From Verrucomicrobiota bacterium (lineage in GTDB: Bacteria; Verrucomicrobiota; Verrucomicrobiia; Limisphaerales; AAA164-E04), in NCBI GenBank assembly GCA_047947115.1, contig CP170459.1:1696001-1760000 (forward strand): a DNA stretch of 64,000 nucleotides. The letters run 5' to 3'. The position numbers and the translations under genes were made by a program. Of this stretch, positions 1-12,140 are shown piece by piece; positions within the stretch are counted from its first letter, which is position 1, and each line of letters begins with the position of its first letter. The notes under the pieces were generated by a model. The model was not told the DNA's origin and searched no databases. It was given only the letters and a program-made list of their open reading frames with translations.

Positions 1-2198
1 CTGAGCAGCCCAATTATGAGGTGCTGACCATTCCTAGCACGATGACGGTCATGGGTGAAGAAATGGAAGTCACTTGGGATCTGCAGCAAGACCAATACAT
101 TTATGGTGATTTGGCTTCCAAGGCACTGCTCTCTGCTGAAAGTAATGTGGAGGGCCAGTTTCTCTATCAAATAAAGAAGGTGGGGGGGCAAGTAAGTGGT
201 ATCTTGACTAGCGGCACGGTGTTGCCTGTCGGGGAACACGTGGTGACCATGACCTTCATTCCTGAAGAGAAGCCGCAAGACCTTGTAGTCATTGAGAAAA
301 CGATCACCGTTTCCAAGGCTAACCTGGTCGTGAGAGCCAATGGTTTGAACATAATTGTAGGTTCGCCTTATCAGAACCAGCTCTCAGCCAGCTATGAAGG
401 TTTTGTGTTTGAAGACGCAGAAAAAGATCTTCAGGTGAAACCACGGCTGTCTGTTCCTAACTTCGTTCAAAACCTGGCCGGCCAATATGAAATCCAGGTT
501 TCTGGTGGCAGTGATGAAAGCTATGACTTCACCTATGTTTCTGGGGTCTTGAACGTGGCCGAAAACGCTAGTTTTCCCGATATCGCTTTTGTGGAGCCAG
601 TGGTTAACCCAGTCAATGTGGCTGAGGGCAGGGGGGTCACGCTTCGGTTTCAGCTGGATGGTGTCGTTCCAACCAACGCTTCAGTCAGTGTGAGCAAGGA
701 TGGTTTGCCATTTGGTAAAACACGTATTGATGGCGACAGCATTTATCTGGATATCGATGCGGCGGTGAGATCTGATTCGGGTAACTACATCGCCAGATTA
801 GCCATTCCTCAATTCAAGGCGATTGAATCCTCGTCTCTGGAACTCAATGTGATCTACAAATCATTGCTAGGCATGGGATTGCTGAACTATCGCCAGAGCA
901 ACCAGCCCATGTTGGGTGCCCCGATTGTGAATGATGACAACTCGGTCGTGATAAGCACCAAAGATGGCACTTTCTACGGATATCAATCCAATCCAGCCAC
1001 AGGAGATATCGAGCCTGCTTGGGCCTATTCGATGGGGCAGGATATCCTCGGGAATATCCTCAAAGGTGAAGACGATAATTATTACGCACTCTCAGACAAA
1101 GGAACGCTGATTAAATTCAAGCAAGAGGCCACCTCAGGAACTCAGGTCTGGGAGTTTGACACGGACGAACAGGGATCCCTCAGCAACGGTTTCACCAACT
1201 CACCTACCATCCTCAACGATGAGATCGTTGTCTTTGGGTGGATTGATGGACACGTCTATGCCGTGAATCGGCAGACAGGTGACTTGGTATGGAAGACGGA
1301 CTTGGGTGGCATGGTCTTTACCCCTGTAGCTGTTTATGAAGACAAGATTTACACCCATACCTGGAATACTTGGTATTGTGTGTTGGATTCCAATGGTCAA
1401 ATTCTTCACAAAAATCCTATCAGCTACGGGCTTTATCGCCAACAACCTTCGGTGGATACAGATGGAACTGCCTTTCTGGGCTGCGATGATAGTTATGTTT
1501 ATGCTTTTTGGAGTAGTGGACTGTTGAAGTGGAGTTATGAGTGCGAGAATATTGTTTCCGGTGGTATCGTTGTGGGTGACCACTTCATTGCCTTCATTGA
1601 CCAGGAAGGCATTCTCTATTATCTCAAGAAGAGTACTGGTGCCGTCATTAAGAAATCTCAGTTGGCCAATACTCCAGGTTCCACATCCCATCTGACCATT
1701 GGCTATGATGGGACCATCGTGGTGGGTAGCCAGAAAGGAGGGCTTTTTGCCTTCACCGCTGATGGTCAGGTCATCTGGGAGTATCAAAGCGCCCCGACAA
1801 CCTGGGGTTCTCCATCGATCGGTCGTGATGGTAAGGTGTTTTTCGGTTCTGACGATGGCTATTTCTACGCAGTCCAGGGACATACCTCATTGGGTATGCA
1901 ATATCCCTGGTATAAGCAGGGAGCCAATCGCCTGAATACAGGCGGCCTTTGGTTGGCTACTCAGGATCCTGAATCAGGTGGGGGCTCTGGTAGCGGAGAA
2001 GGCCCAGATTTGATTGCTGGGATTGAAGGTGGGAACATCGTGATCAATGTGATCGCACATGACAAGCAGCGTGTCTACAAAGTCTACACCAGTGATGATT
2101 TGAAGTCTTGGGTCGAGGTTCCAGGGTATCGCCCCAATGTGAATGGCGAAATCAAACTTCCAGCGAATAGGCGGTCGCAATTTATCAAAGTTGAATAG
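1..2198 (+). CDS. Large secreted/surface protein, 5'-partial: MBG-like and Ig-like domains, PQQ/BamB-type beta-propeller, C-terminal SxDLxxW domain
   Basis: ORF has no signal peptide and probably starts upstream of the window. 'KANLVVRAN...YEGFVFED' is MBG-like. Repeated 'W..DLGG...TP', 'SPSIGRDGKVFFGSDDGYFYAV' propeller blades. Tail 'YKVYTSDDLKSW...QFIKVE'. Confidence 0.75.
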   Translation, partial: EQPNYEVLTIPSTMTVMGEEMEVTWDLQQDQYIYGDLASKALLSAESNVEGQFLYQIKKVGGQVSGILTSGTVLPVGEHVVTMTFIPEEKPQDLVVIEKTITVSKANLVVRANGLNIIVGSPYQNQLSASYEGFVFEDAEKDLQVKPRLSVPNFVQNLAGQYEIQVSGGSDESYDFTYVSGVLNVAENASFPDIAFVEPVVNPVNVAEGRGVTLRFQLDGVVPTNASVSVSKDGLPFGKTRIDGDSIYLDIDAAVRSDSGNYIARLAIPQFKAIESSSLELNVIYKSLLGMGLLNYRQSNQPMLGAPIVNDDNSVVISTKDGTFYGYQSNPATGDIEPAWAYSMGQDILGNILKGEDDNYYALSDKGTLIKFKQEATSGTQVWEFDTDEQGSLSNGFTNSPTILNDEIVVFGWIDGHVYAVNRQTGDLVWKTDLGGMVFTPVAVYEDKIYTHTWNTWYCVLDSNGQILHKNPISYGLYRQQPSVDTDGTAFLGCDDSYVYAFWSSGLLKWSYECENIVSGGIVVGDHFIAFIDQEGILYYLKKSTGAVIKKSQLANTPGSTSHLTIGYDGTIVVGSQKGGLFAFTADGQVIWEYQSAPTTWGSPSIGRDGKVFFGSDDGYFYAVQGHTSLGMQYPWYKQGANRLNTGGLWLATQDPESGGGSGSGEGPDLIAGIEGGNIVINVIAHDKQRVYKVYTSDDLKSWVEVPGYRPNVNGEIKLPANRRSQFIKVE

Positions 2199-2230
2199 TA
2201 AATATCTTAAGAACAAGGAAATTTAAACTA

Positions 2231-3319
2231 ATGAAAAAGTTTTTTTGCACGTTTCTCTCATTGTTTTGGGTGACTCAGGTGGCGGGTCAGACGATTAATT
2301 ACCAGGGTAGGCTTACCGACGCCGGTGGGGAGCCAGTTAATGATACTGTGAATGTATCTTTGAAGATATATGATAGTGAGACGGAAGGGGCAGTTGTTTA
2401 CACCGAGGATGTGGGCGAGATCGAAGTAGTGAGTGGACTTTATTCTTTTAATTTCGGCTTGAATGGTAAGAGTATTGCAAATTCAGTGGAATTAATTGGG
2501 ACAGGGGATGGGGAAGTAAAGGTTTTCAATTACACAACGTATCACTTACCAATCGATGCGGAAATAGAGCTTTATGATGGGTTGTTTAGTTGGTCAAATG
2601 TAGGCGGCGCTTCAGACGCAGGCCAGTTTATTGGGAGCGTCAACATTGCAGAAAAATCTGTCACAGGAATTTACATAGCTTCTCCTCCGCCACAGGGCCG
2701 GAATATATATGTGGCCTACCAATATACCCTTGATGGTATAACTGGGGCTTTGACTGACCACGATTCGTCATACTTGGAGGTTAGCATCAATAATACAAAG
2801 CTTAGGCGGGAGAAAATAGCGGATTCGCCAATTTCTGTATTTGCAAAAAATATTTTGCGAGTAAATAAAAAAAATGTTCCTATTAATATAGTTCATCAAG
2901 GAAGGTTTGTTAATAATTTCAATGGGTTCAAATATTGTGACACACCCGCTTTCTTAATCGATTTTCCGGAAGTCGATTTCAGGGAACTGGTTTTCAAAGT
3001 GCGAGGTTTATCGCTTGATGACAATGTTGGCGGAAATGGTCCGTGCCATAGCAATTATAATGGGAAGCATTCCACTTCCGATGTGAGAATTAAATTGGTT
3101 GGCAGGAACCTTGAAACATTAGAGCTTGAGGAGTTGGCCGATATTGATGTTTACAGTAATCAAACCATGCCGCTTTCTAAAGATTACAATCTTTCCGGAT
3201 TTCTCCATCTGCAGCAGACCTATATGCTGGGGGTGCAAATTAAGGCCGCTGCCAGAGGAATCGGAGGCGGTGTGACAGCGGGCTACATACGGATCCCTTG
3301 CTACTGGGAAATGAAATAG
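2231..3319 (+). CDS. Secreted hypothetical protein
   Basis: Signal peptide MKKFFCTFLSLFWVTQVAG, then 'TINYQGRLTDAGG', an N-terminal motif common in tail-fibre/collagen-like surface proteins. Visibly AT-rich. Confidence 0.65.
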   Translation: MKKFFCTFLSLFWVTQVAGQTINYQGRLTDAGGEPVNDTVNVSLKIYDSETEGAVVYTEDVGEIEVVSGLYSFNFGLNGKSIANSVELIGTGDGEVKVFNYTTYHLPIDAEIELYDGLFSWSNVGGASDAGQFIGSVNIAEKSVTGIYIASPPPQGRNIYVAYQYTLDGITGALTDHDSSYLEVSINNTKLRREKIADSPISVFAKNILRVNKKNVPINIVHQGRFVNNFNGFKYCDTPAFLIDFPEVDFRELVFKVRGLSLDDNVGGNGPCHSNYNGKHSTSDVRIKLVGRNLETLELEELADIDVYSNQTMPLSKDYNLSGFLHLQQTYMLGVQIKAAARGIGGGVTAGYIRIPCYWEMK

Positions 3320-3461
3320 ACCTAGTGTTCTTATTTTCAAACGAAAATCCTTTTTCTTCTAAGTGTCAAAAATTTATTTCTTATTTGACTTTAATAACAT
3401 CCCAGACACCCATTTACGCCGAAGAATAAAAATTATCTCGCTCCATAACTATAACCAATTC

Positions 3462-4088
3462 ATGAAAAACATCCCAAAATATTGCTCTGCTGCTATTGTA
3501 GCAGCTCTCACCATGGCAGCGTCCTCTGCGAATGCTGAGAATTCAGTCATTCTCGACTATGACTACGCCTCTGCTGGGTATTTCTACAGAGACTACGACA
3601 CTGCACTGGGTAACGTGGACGGACACGGCGCAGGCATCGAAATTTCCAAGATGTTGGCAGGAGATTTTGGGCTGAGTTTGACCTCGATGGCAGGAAGTGT
3701 CTCCGATCTGGACGCTGACATGTGGGGCATTTCGCCCACATTGTTTTACGTGGTCAAAATATCCGAAACCATGAACTTGGTGCCGAATGTTGCCTGGAAC
3801 GTTGAGCATGTAGACTACAGCTCACTCGGAATGGACAATACTACCTCTGAGGTGCAGTTTGGCTTGAGGCTCGATACGGCAGTCACCGAATCCTTTCAGT
3901 TAAGTGTTGGCACGGAGTATCGCAACGTTGTGGGTTCCGATCTCCCTCTAGACGATGACGATCGCTGGGACTTCTATCTTGGTGCTAAACTTGCACTGTC
4001 CGATCAATTAGGGCTTGGGGCTCAGATATTGACGACTACTGAGAATGTCGACTTCGGTGGGCAGATTGGCTTGGAGTGGCATTTTTAG
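3462..4088 (+). CDS. Small outer-membrane beta-barrel protein
   Basis: Start reassigned to ATG 3462 (MKNIPKYCSAAIVAALTMAASSANA signal peptide). Amphipathic strands and C-terminal 'GLEWHF' BamA-type signature. Confidence 0.75.
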   Translation: MKNIPKYCSAAIVAALTMAASSANAENSVILDYDYASAGYFYRDYDTALGNVDGHGAGIEISKMLAGDFGLSLTSMAGSVSDLDADMWGISPTLFYVVKISETMNLVPNVAWNVEHVDYSSLGMDNTTSEVQFGLRLDTAVTESFQLSVGTEYRNVVGSDLPLDDDDRWDFYLGAKLALSDQLGLGAQILTTTENVDFGGQIGLEWHF

Positions 4089-4113
4089 AAATCATCTAGC
4101 ATCTTATTATATT

Positions 4114-4152
4114 GCCTCGGGCACGCCTTTGCTGCCCGGGGCTTTTTGTTTT
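4114..4152 (+). terminator. Rho-independent terminator
   Basis: gcctcgggca...tgcccggggc stem followed by a T-tract, just after the barrel gene. Confidence 0.7.
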
Positions 4153-4240
4153 AAGCCCCCTTGCTCACCATCTGTATTCCAGGCTCAATGAGTTCCTGAG
4201 TTGGCCTCAAGAACTTGGTGCAATTTACACCATGATAATT

Positions 4241-4444
4241 TATAGTGATTGCCAAAAATCATTTCCGAATTGAGCAGATGGAAGCGGTTTTTTCTGGCGA
4301 TTGAACGAAGCTCATAAGTGCAGTGCTTATACGATCGGTCAGCTCCTCGGTAGTCTTCGCTAAAAAGTCGTAAAACCAATCTGCCTTGAGCCGTAACCAC
4401 AACCTTTCAATCGGATTGAAATCTGGAGAATAGGCTGTAAGCGG
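4241..4444 (-). mobile_element. IS630-family transposase 3' remnant with element right end
   Basis: Minus strand 4444-4259 reads PLTAYSPDFNPIERLWLRLKADWF...ICSIRK*, matching the IS630 'YSPDxNPIExxW' motif. It is followed by ...CACTATA (TA-type end) at 4241. Confidence 0.85.
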
Positions 4445-4828
4445 TGTACCGGAGTCCCCCTGAATGATACTGTCAATTCAGATGGGATTGTTTAATTTGG
4501 AGGGTTCGCTTACCGGTTTGTGGGCAAGCAGCTTTTGATCCGGCTTTCAACAGCACTCCAGCGGCGTTCGCACCTCCAAGGCGGCAGCAGGCCAAAGTTT
4601 TCCAGTTGAGGGATGCATAAAATAGCCTAAAAAGACCAAAGTGGGTTTTTATTACTACTTTTTACTCCATCTAACCCTTAAAAGTCGGATTCTGGCATGG
4701 GCTGGACGCTGAAATGCAAGGTGTAGGGAAGCCGTTTCTGCTCCTAGCGCCAGTGGAGCTTAAACCATTGTTCAAAACTATAACGATACAGTGTTGAGTT
4801 TCGATGCAATATTCGATATGCTTTCAGC

Positions 4829-5272
4829 ATGTCTTCTCTACCCCTGGACATAAGACGACAAGCCAAGGAGCTCGTTGAAGCAGGAAAATCATCGCACGAG
4901 ATAGGCGCTCTTTTGGACATCAAACCAGGCACCGTTCGTGAGTGGAAACGCCGCTACCTCTGGCACGGGCCTGACGGACTGGATCGACAGTGTGGTGATG
5001 ACCTGGACGAAGACCAGCTCCCTGCCGAATACGAGCGGATCATGTCCACGGATGTCATGGAGACGCTACACTGGATCCGCCGAATGCCCATGCCGCGTCG
5101 CATCGATTCTATCCTGAAACGGGAGAGGGCGCTGGAGATGCTATCCAAGCGAGCTGAGCGGGTTATCGGCGGTTTGGCCCGGTCGCATGGGCAGCAGAGC
5201 AAGGTGATCCAGGTCAACTCTGTGACCGCGATTCTGAGCTCTAACGAAAACTCCGGGTGTGATGTGACTTGA
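4829..5272 (+). CDS. HTH protein resembling a phage terminase small-subunit N-terminus
   Basis: 'RRQAKELVEAGKSSHEIGALLDIKPGTVREWKRRYLW' is a homeodomain-like HTH ending in W-K-R-R-x-x-W. It lies next to the tRNA 3' end. Confidence 0.5.
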   Translation: MSSLPLDIRRQAKELVEAGKSSHEIGALLDIKPGTVREWKRRYLWHGPDGLDRQCGDDLDEDQLPAEYERIMSTDVMETLHWIRRMPMPRRIDSILKRERALEMLSKRAERVIGGLARSHGQQSKVIQVNSVTAILSSNENSGCDVT

Positions 5273-5525
5273 TACGGTTTTTGGTGGTAAACAGAGCCTT
5301 GGACAGATTATCTCGCAGTCACGGGGCTTCTGCTGTTCGATTTCACCCTCCTAACCGTTTATTGTATAGGTCCATAGTTGCTCTGTTTATTCTGCTTTAA
5401 CATCTCCAAACGCGTTTTGACATCCATAACACGGACACACATGTTATGCATAGGTGTTATGCTGTTGCATGGTCGAGGAATGAAGGTATGACTGAAGCTT
5501 CTCTATGAGAAATACTTGAGGGGGA

Positions 5526-5601
5526 TGGCGACCCTACCGGGGTTCGAACCCGGGTTACCGCCGTGAAAGGGCGGTGTCCTAGACCACTAGACGATAGGGT
5601 C
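5526..5601 (-). tRNA. tRNA-Glu (TTC)
   Basis: Reverse complement GACCCTATCGTCTAGTGGTCTAGGACACCGCCCTTTCACGGCGGTAACCCGGGTTCGAACCCCGGTAGGGTCGCCA gives a full cloverleaf with anticodon TTC and encoded CCA. Confidence 0.97.
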
Positions 5602-5843
5602 CCCTCAATGGGCGGCCTATCTTAAGGAAACCTTCCGACGTGTCACGTGAAAAATGCGATTTTTTTCATTTTTTTTCTGACCGCTTGTTTCGCATCTGGA
5701 ATGCATGCTGAGAATAAGCACTTGTTGAATCCCTTTTGGCACTCTTCGCGCCGGTTTTCATGCCTCTTTTTAACAAAAAACGTCCGATTTGATCGATTTT
5801 TGATGAAAGCTGCTTCCTTTTCCGTTATTTAAGATCTTCATTT

Positions 5844-7298
<1,455 letters not shown>

Positions 7299-7319
7299 TT
7301 CCATTTCAATACATTCGAT

Positions 7320-7358
7320 AAGAAAGGGACAGGCGAACTCGCTTGTCCCTTTCTTTTT
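7320..7358 (+). terminator. Rho-independent terminator (likely bidirectional)
   Basis: agaaagggacaggcg-aact-cgcttgtccctttct followed by T-tract. Confidence 0.85.
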
Positions 7359-7740
7359 ACAAACTGTTTTCATCTCATGGTACGTGCCAGAATAAGCTTG
7401 GTGAGATTTTTGCTTGATCAGGGACAATGTCAGAGCCGAGATGGAGCCGCTGCTTTGTCAAATGCGCCAGAGGCGATCAGAGACCACTTGTACTCATTCG
7501 CAGTGTTTCCTTTACCGAAAGGAAGGACTTGAAGCCGTGCGCCAACTGATGAGAGTCACTTGCTGACTCGATGCCCCCATCCTTGGTGACGAGTTGCTTC
7601 AGGAGAAGGTTCAGAAGTAAAGAATACCGGTTGACGTGGTTGAACCGAACACGTGTTAAGGCCGAACAACTGCAAAGGATTTCGTTGGAACGGTCTGTGA
7701 TATAGTGGAATTGCCAAGAGTCATCGGTTTGACATGGTAA

Positions 7741-7934
7741 TTTTGGACTGCGGAGGCTCGATACAGCTCTGGATACGCCGGGCGAACGTAGTAGCTACAT
7801 TTCTAAAATTATCCTGCATTGCCCCAAAACGTGGCCACCCAGGTGTAATCTTGCAGTTCTATCGCTTGAAAACGACTCGAGTTGGCGGACGGTATCCAAA
7901 GCGGTTCCGATTCATCGGAACTCGCACTCCAAAA
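7741..7934. repeat. REP/MITE-like element, family A, copy 1
   Basis: Ends ttttggactgcg...cgcactccaaaa form an inverted repeat. Internal gctctggatac/gtatccaaagc arms. Homologous to 12527-12718. Confidence 0.7.
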
Positions 7935-8252
7935 AACAAACCATAAAACGGAAGTAACAGGGATCCCTTGGGCACCAATCCTGATGGCACGTTTAGAAAA
8001 GTAGAAATCCATCACCGGAGGGGTAAGCTCCGTCTTACACCCACTTCAAACCTCAGTGCTTTGGAACCCTTTTCAAGCTGCAACGGAAACGCCACAGCCA
8101 TTCGATGAACGTTAGACTCCCCGCGTTCCATTCCTTTTGCTCAGAAACGTTTTCAAGGGGAAAGTTAGGGGAGAGTCCCGCGTGCGGGATCTCCACTCCA
8201 TTGTTTAAAAACTGAACTGCATCCCAATCATGAGCGGCAATGAGAAAATATA

Positions 8253-8303
8253 TTGACTCACTGCTACAGTTGTAGCAAGTTCTTGTTGCTACAACTGTAG
8301 CAG
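8253..8303 (+). promoter_or_regulatory. BlaI/MecI/CopY-type double operator next to promoter
   Basis: TTGACT at 8253, then two TACA-NN-TGTA boxes. Together they form a perfect 18-bp inverted repeat (ctgctacagttgtagcaa 8261-8278 / ttgctacaactgtagcag 8286-8303). Confidence 0.85.
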
Positions 8304-8310
8304 GACTGTT

Positions 8311-8682
8311 ATGAAGCCGATATCTATTTCAGATTCCGAGTGGCAGGTCATGCACTTGGTTTGGGAACGCGAGCCCATTGCGACATCCGATGTTGTTGAT
8401 GTGTTGGAAGAATCCAAAGAGTGGCGATCACGCACGACGCGAACCTTGCTTGATCGATTAGTCAGCAAAGGCGCTTTAACCAAACGAAAGGATGGGAAAC
8501 GCTACCTATACTCCGCTGCGGTCAAACAGAAGGACTGTGTGCGGCAGGAAAAGCAGTCGTTTGTTGATCGGGTATTCGGAGGCAATGCGGCGGCGATGGT
8601 CTTGAATGTGGTGCGGGATACCAAACTTTCCGATGCGGATATCGCCGAACTGGAACGTTTGTTGAAGGAGAAAAAGGATTGA
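8311..8682 (+). CDS. blaI: BlaI/MecI/CopY family repressor
   Basis: 'ISDSEWQVMHLVW', 'TTRTLLDRLVSKG', 'YLYSA', 'FVDRVFGG'. Confidence 0.93.
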   Translation: MKPISISDSEWQVMHLVWEREPIATSDVVDVLEESKEWRSRTTRTLLDRLVSKGALTKRKDGKRYLYSAAVKQKDCVRQEKQSFVDRVFGGNAAAMVLNVVRDTKLSDADIAELERLLKEKKD

Positions 8683-8683
8683 T

Positions 8684-11661
8684 ATGACCGATGTATTGGA
8701 TCTTTTACGAAACATTTTCGAAAGCATACTAACGACCTCCTGGCGGGCGAGCTGGATTGTTGGACTCATTCTCTCGGTTTCATGGTTGTTGCGTGATCGA
8801 ATTTCCAGTGGGTTGCGCTATGTGCTTTGGATGATGCTGTTTTTGCATATGGTATTGCCGTTTTTGTGGATCCCCTCTTCTTTCAGTTTATTCAATTGGG
8901 TGCCCAAGAGTCCTATGTATTTTGTGGGAAAAACGGTCCAGGAGCCGATTCCAAATGAGGCGCAAAGGTTGTGGGACCAGCAAAGCTCTTCCAAACGCTA
9001 CTTGGAAGCATCTGAAACATTGGCACCTGGCTTAGATTCAGATTCCCCGTCGGCATCGTCCACTCGTGATCAAACTCAAACTCCAAAAACCGAGCCATTC
9101 TCGTGGATGACTTTGATAGCAGGTGTCTGGTTCGTAGGGTGCTTGTTTTTTCTACTCCAAATGGCCTATCAGAATCGGAAGTTTTCCCGGCGAGTGCATA
9201 TGGACGGACCACTCAATGATTCATCGGTTCAAGTGATGTTGAGGAAATTGGTGGGACAGATCGGACTCGATCAAACCCCGATTTTGGTGGAGAGTGGGGC
9301 TGTATCCACGCCTGCAGTGCATAACTACCTGAAGCCTGCCATCATCCTACCTGCAGGTATGTCGAAAAGTTTGACAGAGGATCAATTGCGTCACGTATTC
9401 TTGCATGAACTGGCCCACATCAAGCGGCGGGATTTGTTGGTGCAATGGTTGGCGCATGTAATGCGAGCAGTGCACTGGTTTAATCCCTTCATATGGATTG
9501 CCGTGGCTCGCTTGCGGGTGGATTGTGAAATGGGAACGGATGCTTTGGCTCTCTGGCATGTGGGGGAAGCGCATCGTCATGCCTACGTAAAGACAATCAT
9601 TGATTTGGTTAAACGCGTCAACGCATCCAAACGAAAACCCAGATTGGTGGGGATTGTTGAAGGCAAAAAAGAGATGACGCGTCGTATTCTGAGGATTCGT
9701 AACTTTTCAATTAATCCGCAGCTTTCAAGAATCTCCATTTTTACGTTCGCAATGGTATGGATGGTTGCTTTTTCCGGTGCGGTTCGCAAACCGGAGATAA
9801 GTCGGCCACCAAAGGTAAAGTATGCTCAATTACCGACAACCAAGATATTGGGAATGCAAGGCACAGGTGGGATCGTCTGCACCATCGTGGATCCCGATGG
9901 AAATCCTGTTCCCTCAGCCCAAATTTCTTTTGGTGAAAGGGACAACTTTATTTTCCTACCGATCGGTCAAACGGATGAAAGTGGACGGATTCGGATTCCT
10001 TTCGAACGATTAAAGCCGGATATGGTGTTGGATGCTGCTGGTTTTGCCCCGACCTTGGTGGCATTTGATTATGATCCATCGCTGACTAACCGCACCTATC
10101 AACTACAAAAAGCGGCCACCGTGACAGGTAGGATCACTGATGAGAATGATGTTCCCATTTCCGAAGCAGAGGTGAAACCCATGACCTGGCATGCTTATCC
10201 TTTATTGGGTGGGGCCGGGAGGCTTGGACGCTCTATCAACACGGACAAGGATGGGCGATTTACTTGGAATCATGCTCCTCATCAAGGGGAGATCGTTTGG
10301 AGTATTCAGGCAAGCGGTTACAGATCCATTTTGAGCGATCCGATGCCTGTGGCCATGAACTGAATCTTAAAATGTCAAAACCGGACCGGGTGATTGGGAC
10401 GGTTGTGGATGCTGAAACGGGAGAACCCATCCATTCATTTCACTTTTTCATAGGTCAAACGATACGTGAAGGCGGACCTGTTTTAACAATTGATCATAAA
10501 AGCAGAGGAATCAAAGGGCTTTTCGAAATGGATGTCTTAAAGCCTGCCCGGCAGTTTCACGTGATCCAGGTTTCCGCAGATGGATATGCTCCCGCTCTTT
10601 CGCCTATCTTTCGGGATGGAGATGGGGAGCTTGAGTTTCGGTTTGAGTTGAATAAGGAAACGATCATTCCGGTCGATGTTTTTCTGCCTGACGGTAAACC
10701 TGCGTCAAATGCAACTTGGATGCAAACCCATCTTGAAAAACTGGATGTTCTACTGCCTGAACCACACGAATTTATCATGCACCATCTAAAAAGCATGTCG
10801 AGGGTTGGCGGAGCGGATAGTGATGGTCATATTGATTTCAGGACAGCTCCAGGAATCACAGGCATCATTCTGACGCACGAGCAAGGATATGCGGAAGTGA
10901 GTCTGGCGGCTCTTCAGTTATCTCCTGATATCCAATTGCGACCTTGGGGACATGTTGAAGGAAAACTCTTTTCCGGAAAGAAGCCATTGGTCGGTGAGAC
11001 AGTAGCACTCTGGCGGAATGATTATGAACTGAGCCTGGTTTCGGTCAGCACCGAAACCGGACCAGATGGAAGTTTTGCATTTCATGAGCTTCCGGCAGGA
11101 GAATACAAATTGCGAACTGAGATAGAAACCACACTTGATTGGGTGCAAGTCGAGGCTGGCAAGACTACCCATATAAATGTAGGCCAAGACGGACGTACCA
11201 TCTGTGGGCATGCCAAAGCGGATAGACGTCTTAATGACGGAGCAGACTGGAACTGGCAGATCCAGCGTTGCTATTTGAAAACAGATTCCCACATTCCCGC
11301 TGGTATCGAGGAACCCACAGAACAAGATCGCAATGACGGGGATGAAGGAATTCAACGATTCCGAGAACGCAGGAAAGCTTTTTGGGATTCACCTGAAGGC
11401 AAAGCTATTGAGCGGTCAAAGAGAAGTTATGCCGTCAAGTTCGAATACGATGGATCCTTTCGCATCGAAGGAGTGGTACCCGGTCCCTACTCACTGGAGC
11501 TTCAATTGAAGGAACGTTATCGAGAAGGGCCTAACCTGACGCATGTCGATACCATTGCCGAAGCTCGTCGAATCGTTGTTGTTCCTGGCGAAGAGGAATC
11601 CTTGCAGCATGAGGTTATAGATTTGGGAGATATTGAATTGTGGGCCGATGAAGAAAATTGA
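8684..11661 (+). pseudogene. BlaR1-like M56 metallopeptidase with carboxypeptidase-regulatory-like repeats, split by a frameshift near 10345-10363
   Basis: 8684-10363 has TM segments, the HELAH zinc motif and 'HWFNP'. 10264-11661 continues with 'GTVVDAETGEPI', 'PWGHVEGKL', 'DGSFRIEGVVPGPY' repeats in another frame. Confidence 0.8.
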
Positions 11662-11755
11662 GGATCGGCTGTCTTGGGCAGTAGAACCATGCATTTGAAA
11701 TAGCGCGGCAACAATTTCGAGGGCAATCACCGCTGAGAGACCAAAAAAAACCTAC

Positions 11756-11787
11756 TTGACAAACGTATCAAAATTGATACGTTTGTC
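11756..11787 (+). promoter_or_regulatory. TA promoter/operator
   Basis: TTGACA (11756-61) overlaps a perfect 14-bp inverted repeat gacaaacgtatcaa-aa-ttgatacgtttgtc, which ends 2 nt before the ATG. Confidence 0.8.
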
Positions 11788-11789
11788 CC

Positions 11790-12140
11790 ATGCATTCCGA
11801 CAGGCCTCTGAATCTGGTGTTCTTTCGAACAGAAGCAGGGACAGAACCTGTTCGTGAGTGGTTGTTGAGCCTAAGAAAGCCTGAACGCAAAATTGTAGGA
11901 TCTGATATTTTGGCCGTTTAATATGCATGGCCGGTTGGAAAGCCTCTTGTGGACTCGTTTGGGAATGGTCTGTGGGAAATTCGGTCGAAGTTAAAGGATA
12001 GCATTGCCAGGACTTTGTTCATCATTGCAAACGAGGAAATTGTATTGATGCATGCGGTTATTAAGAAATCACGCACCACACCTAAATCGGACCTTCAATT
12101 GGCTCGGAAGCGACAAAAGGAATATCTGAGTTATCTATGA
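11790..12140 (+). pseudogene. RelE/ParE (HigB/Gp49-like) toxin with internal nonsense codon
   Basis: MHSDRPLNLVFFRTEAGTEPVREWL...DILAV*YAWPVGKPLVDSFGNGLWEIRS; in-frame TAA at 11919-11921. Confidence 0.85.

Noticed and set aside
7430..7730. Riboswitch or ncRNA after gnd
   Set aside because: Only a small hairpin (ttccttt-accg-aaaggaa); no family consensus that I can support.
7734..7946. 70-aa ORF and its look-alikes at 12480-12790
   Set aside because: Translations of the family A repeat, not conserved proteins.
8311..11661. Beta-lactam resistance locus
   Set aside because: No beta-lactamase or penicillin-binding domain is visible.
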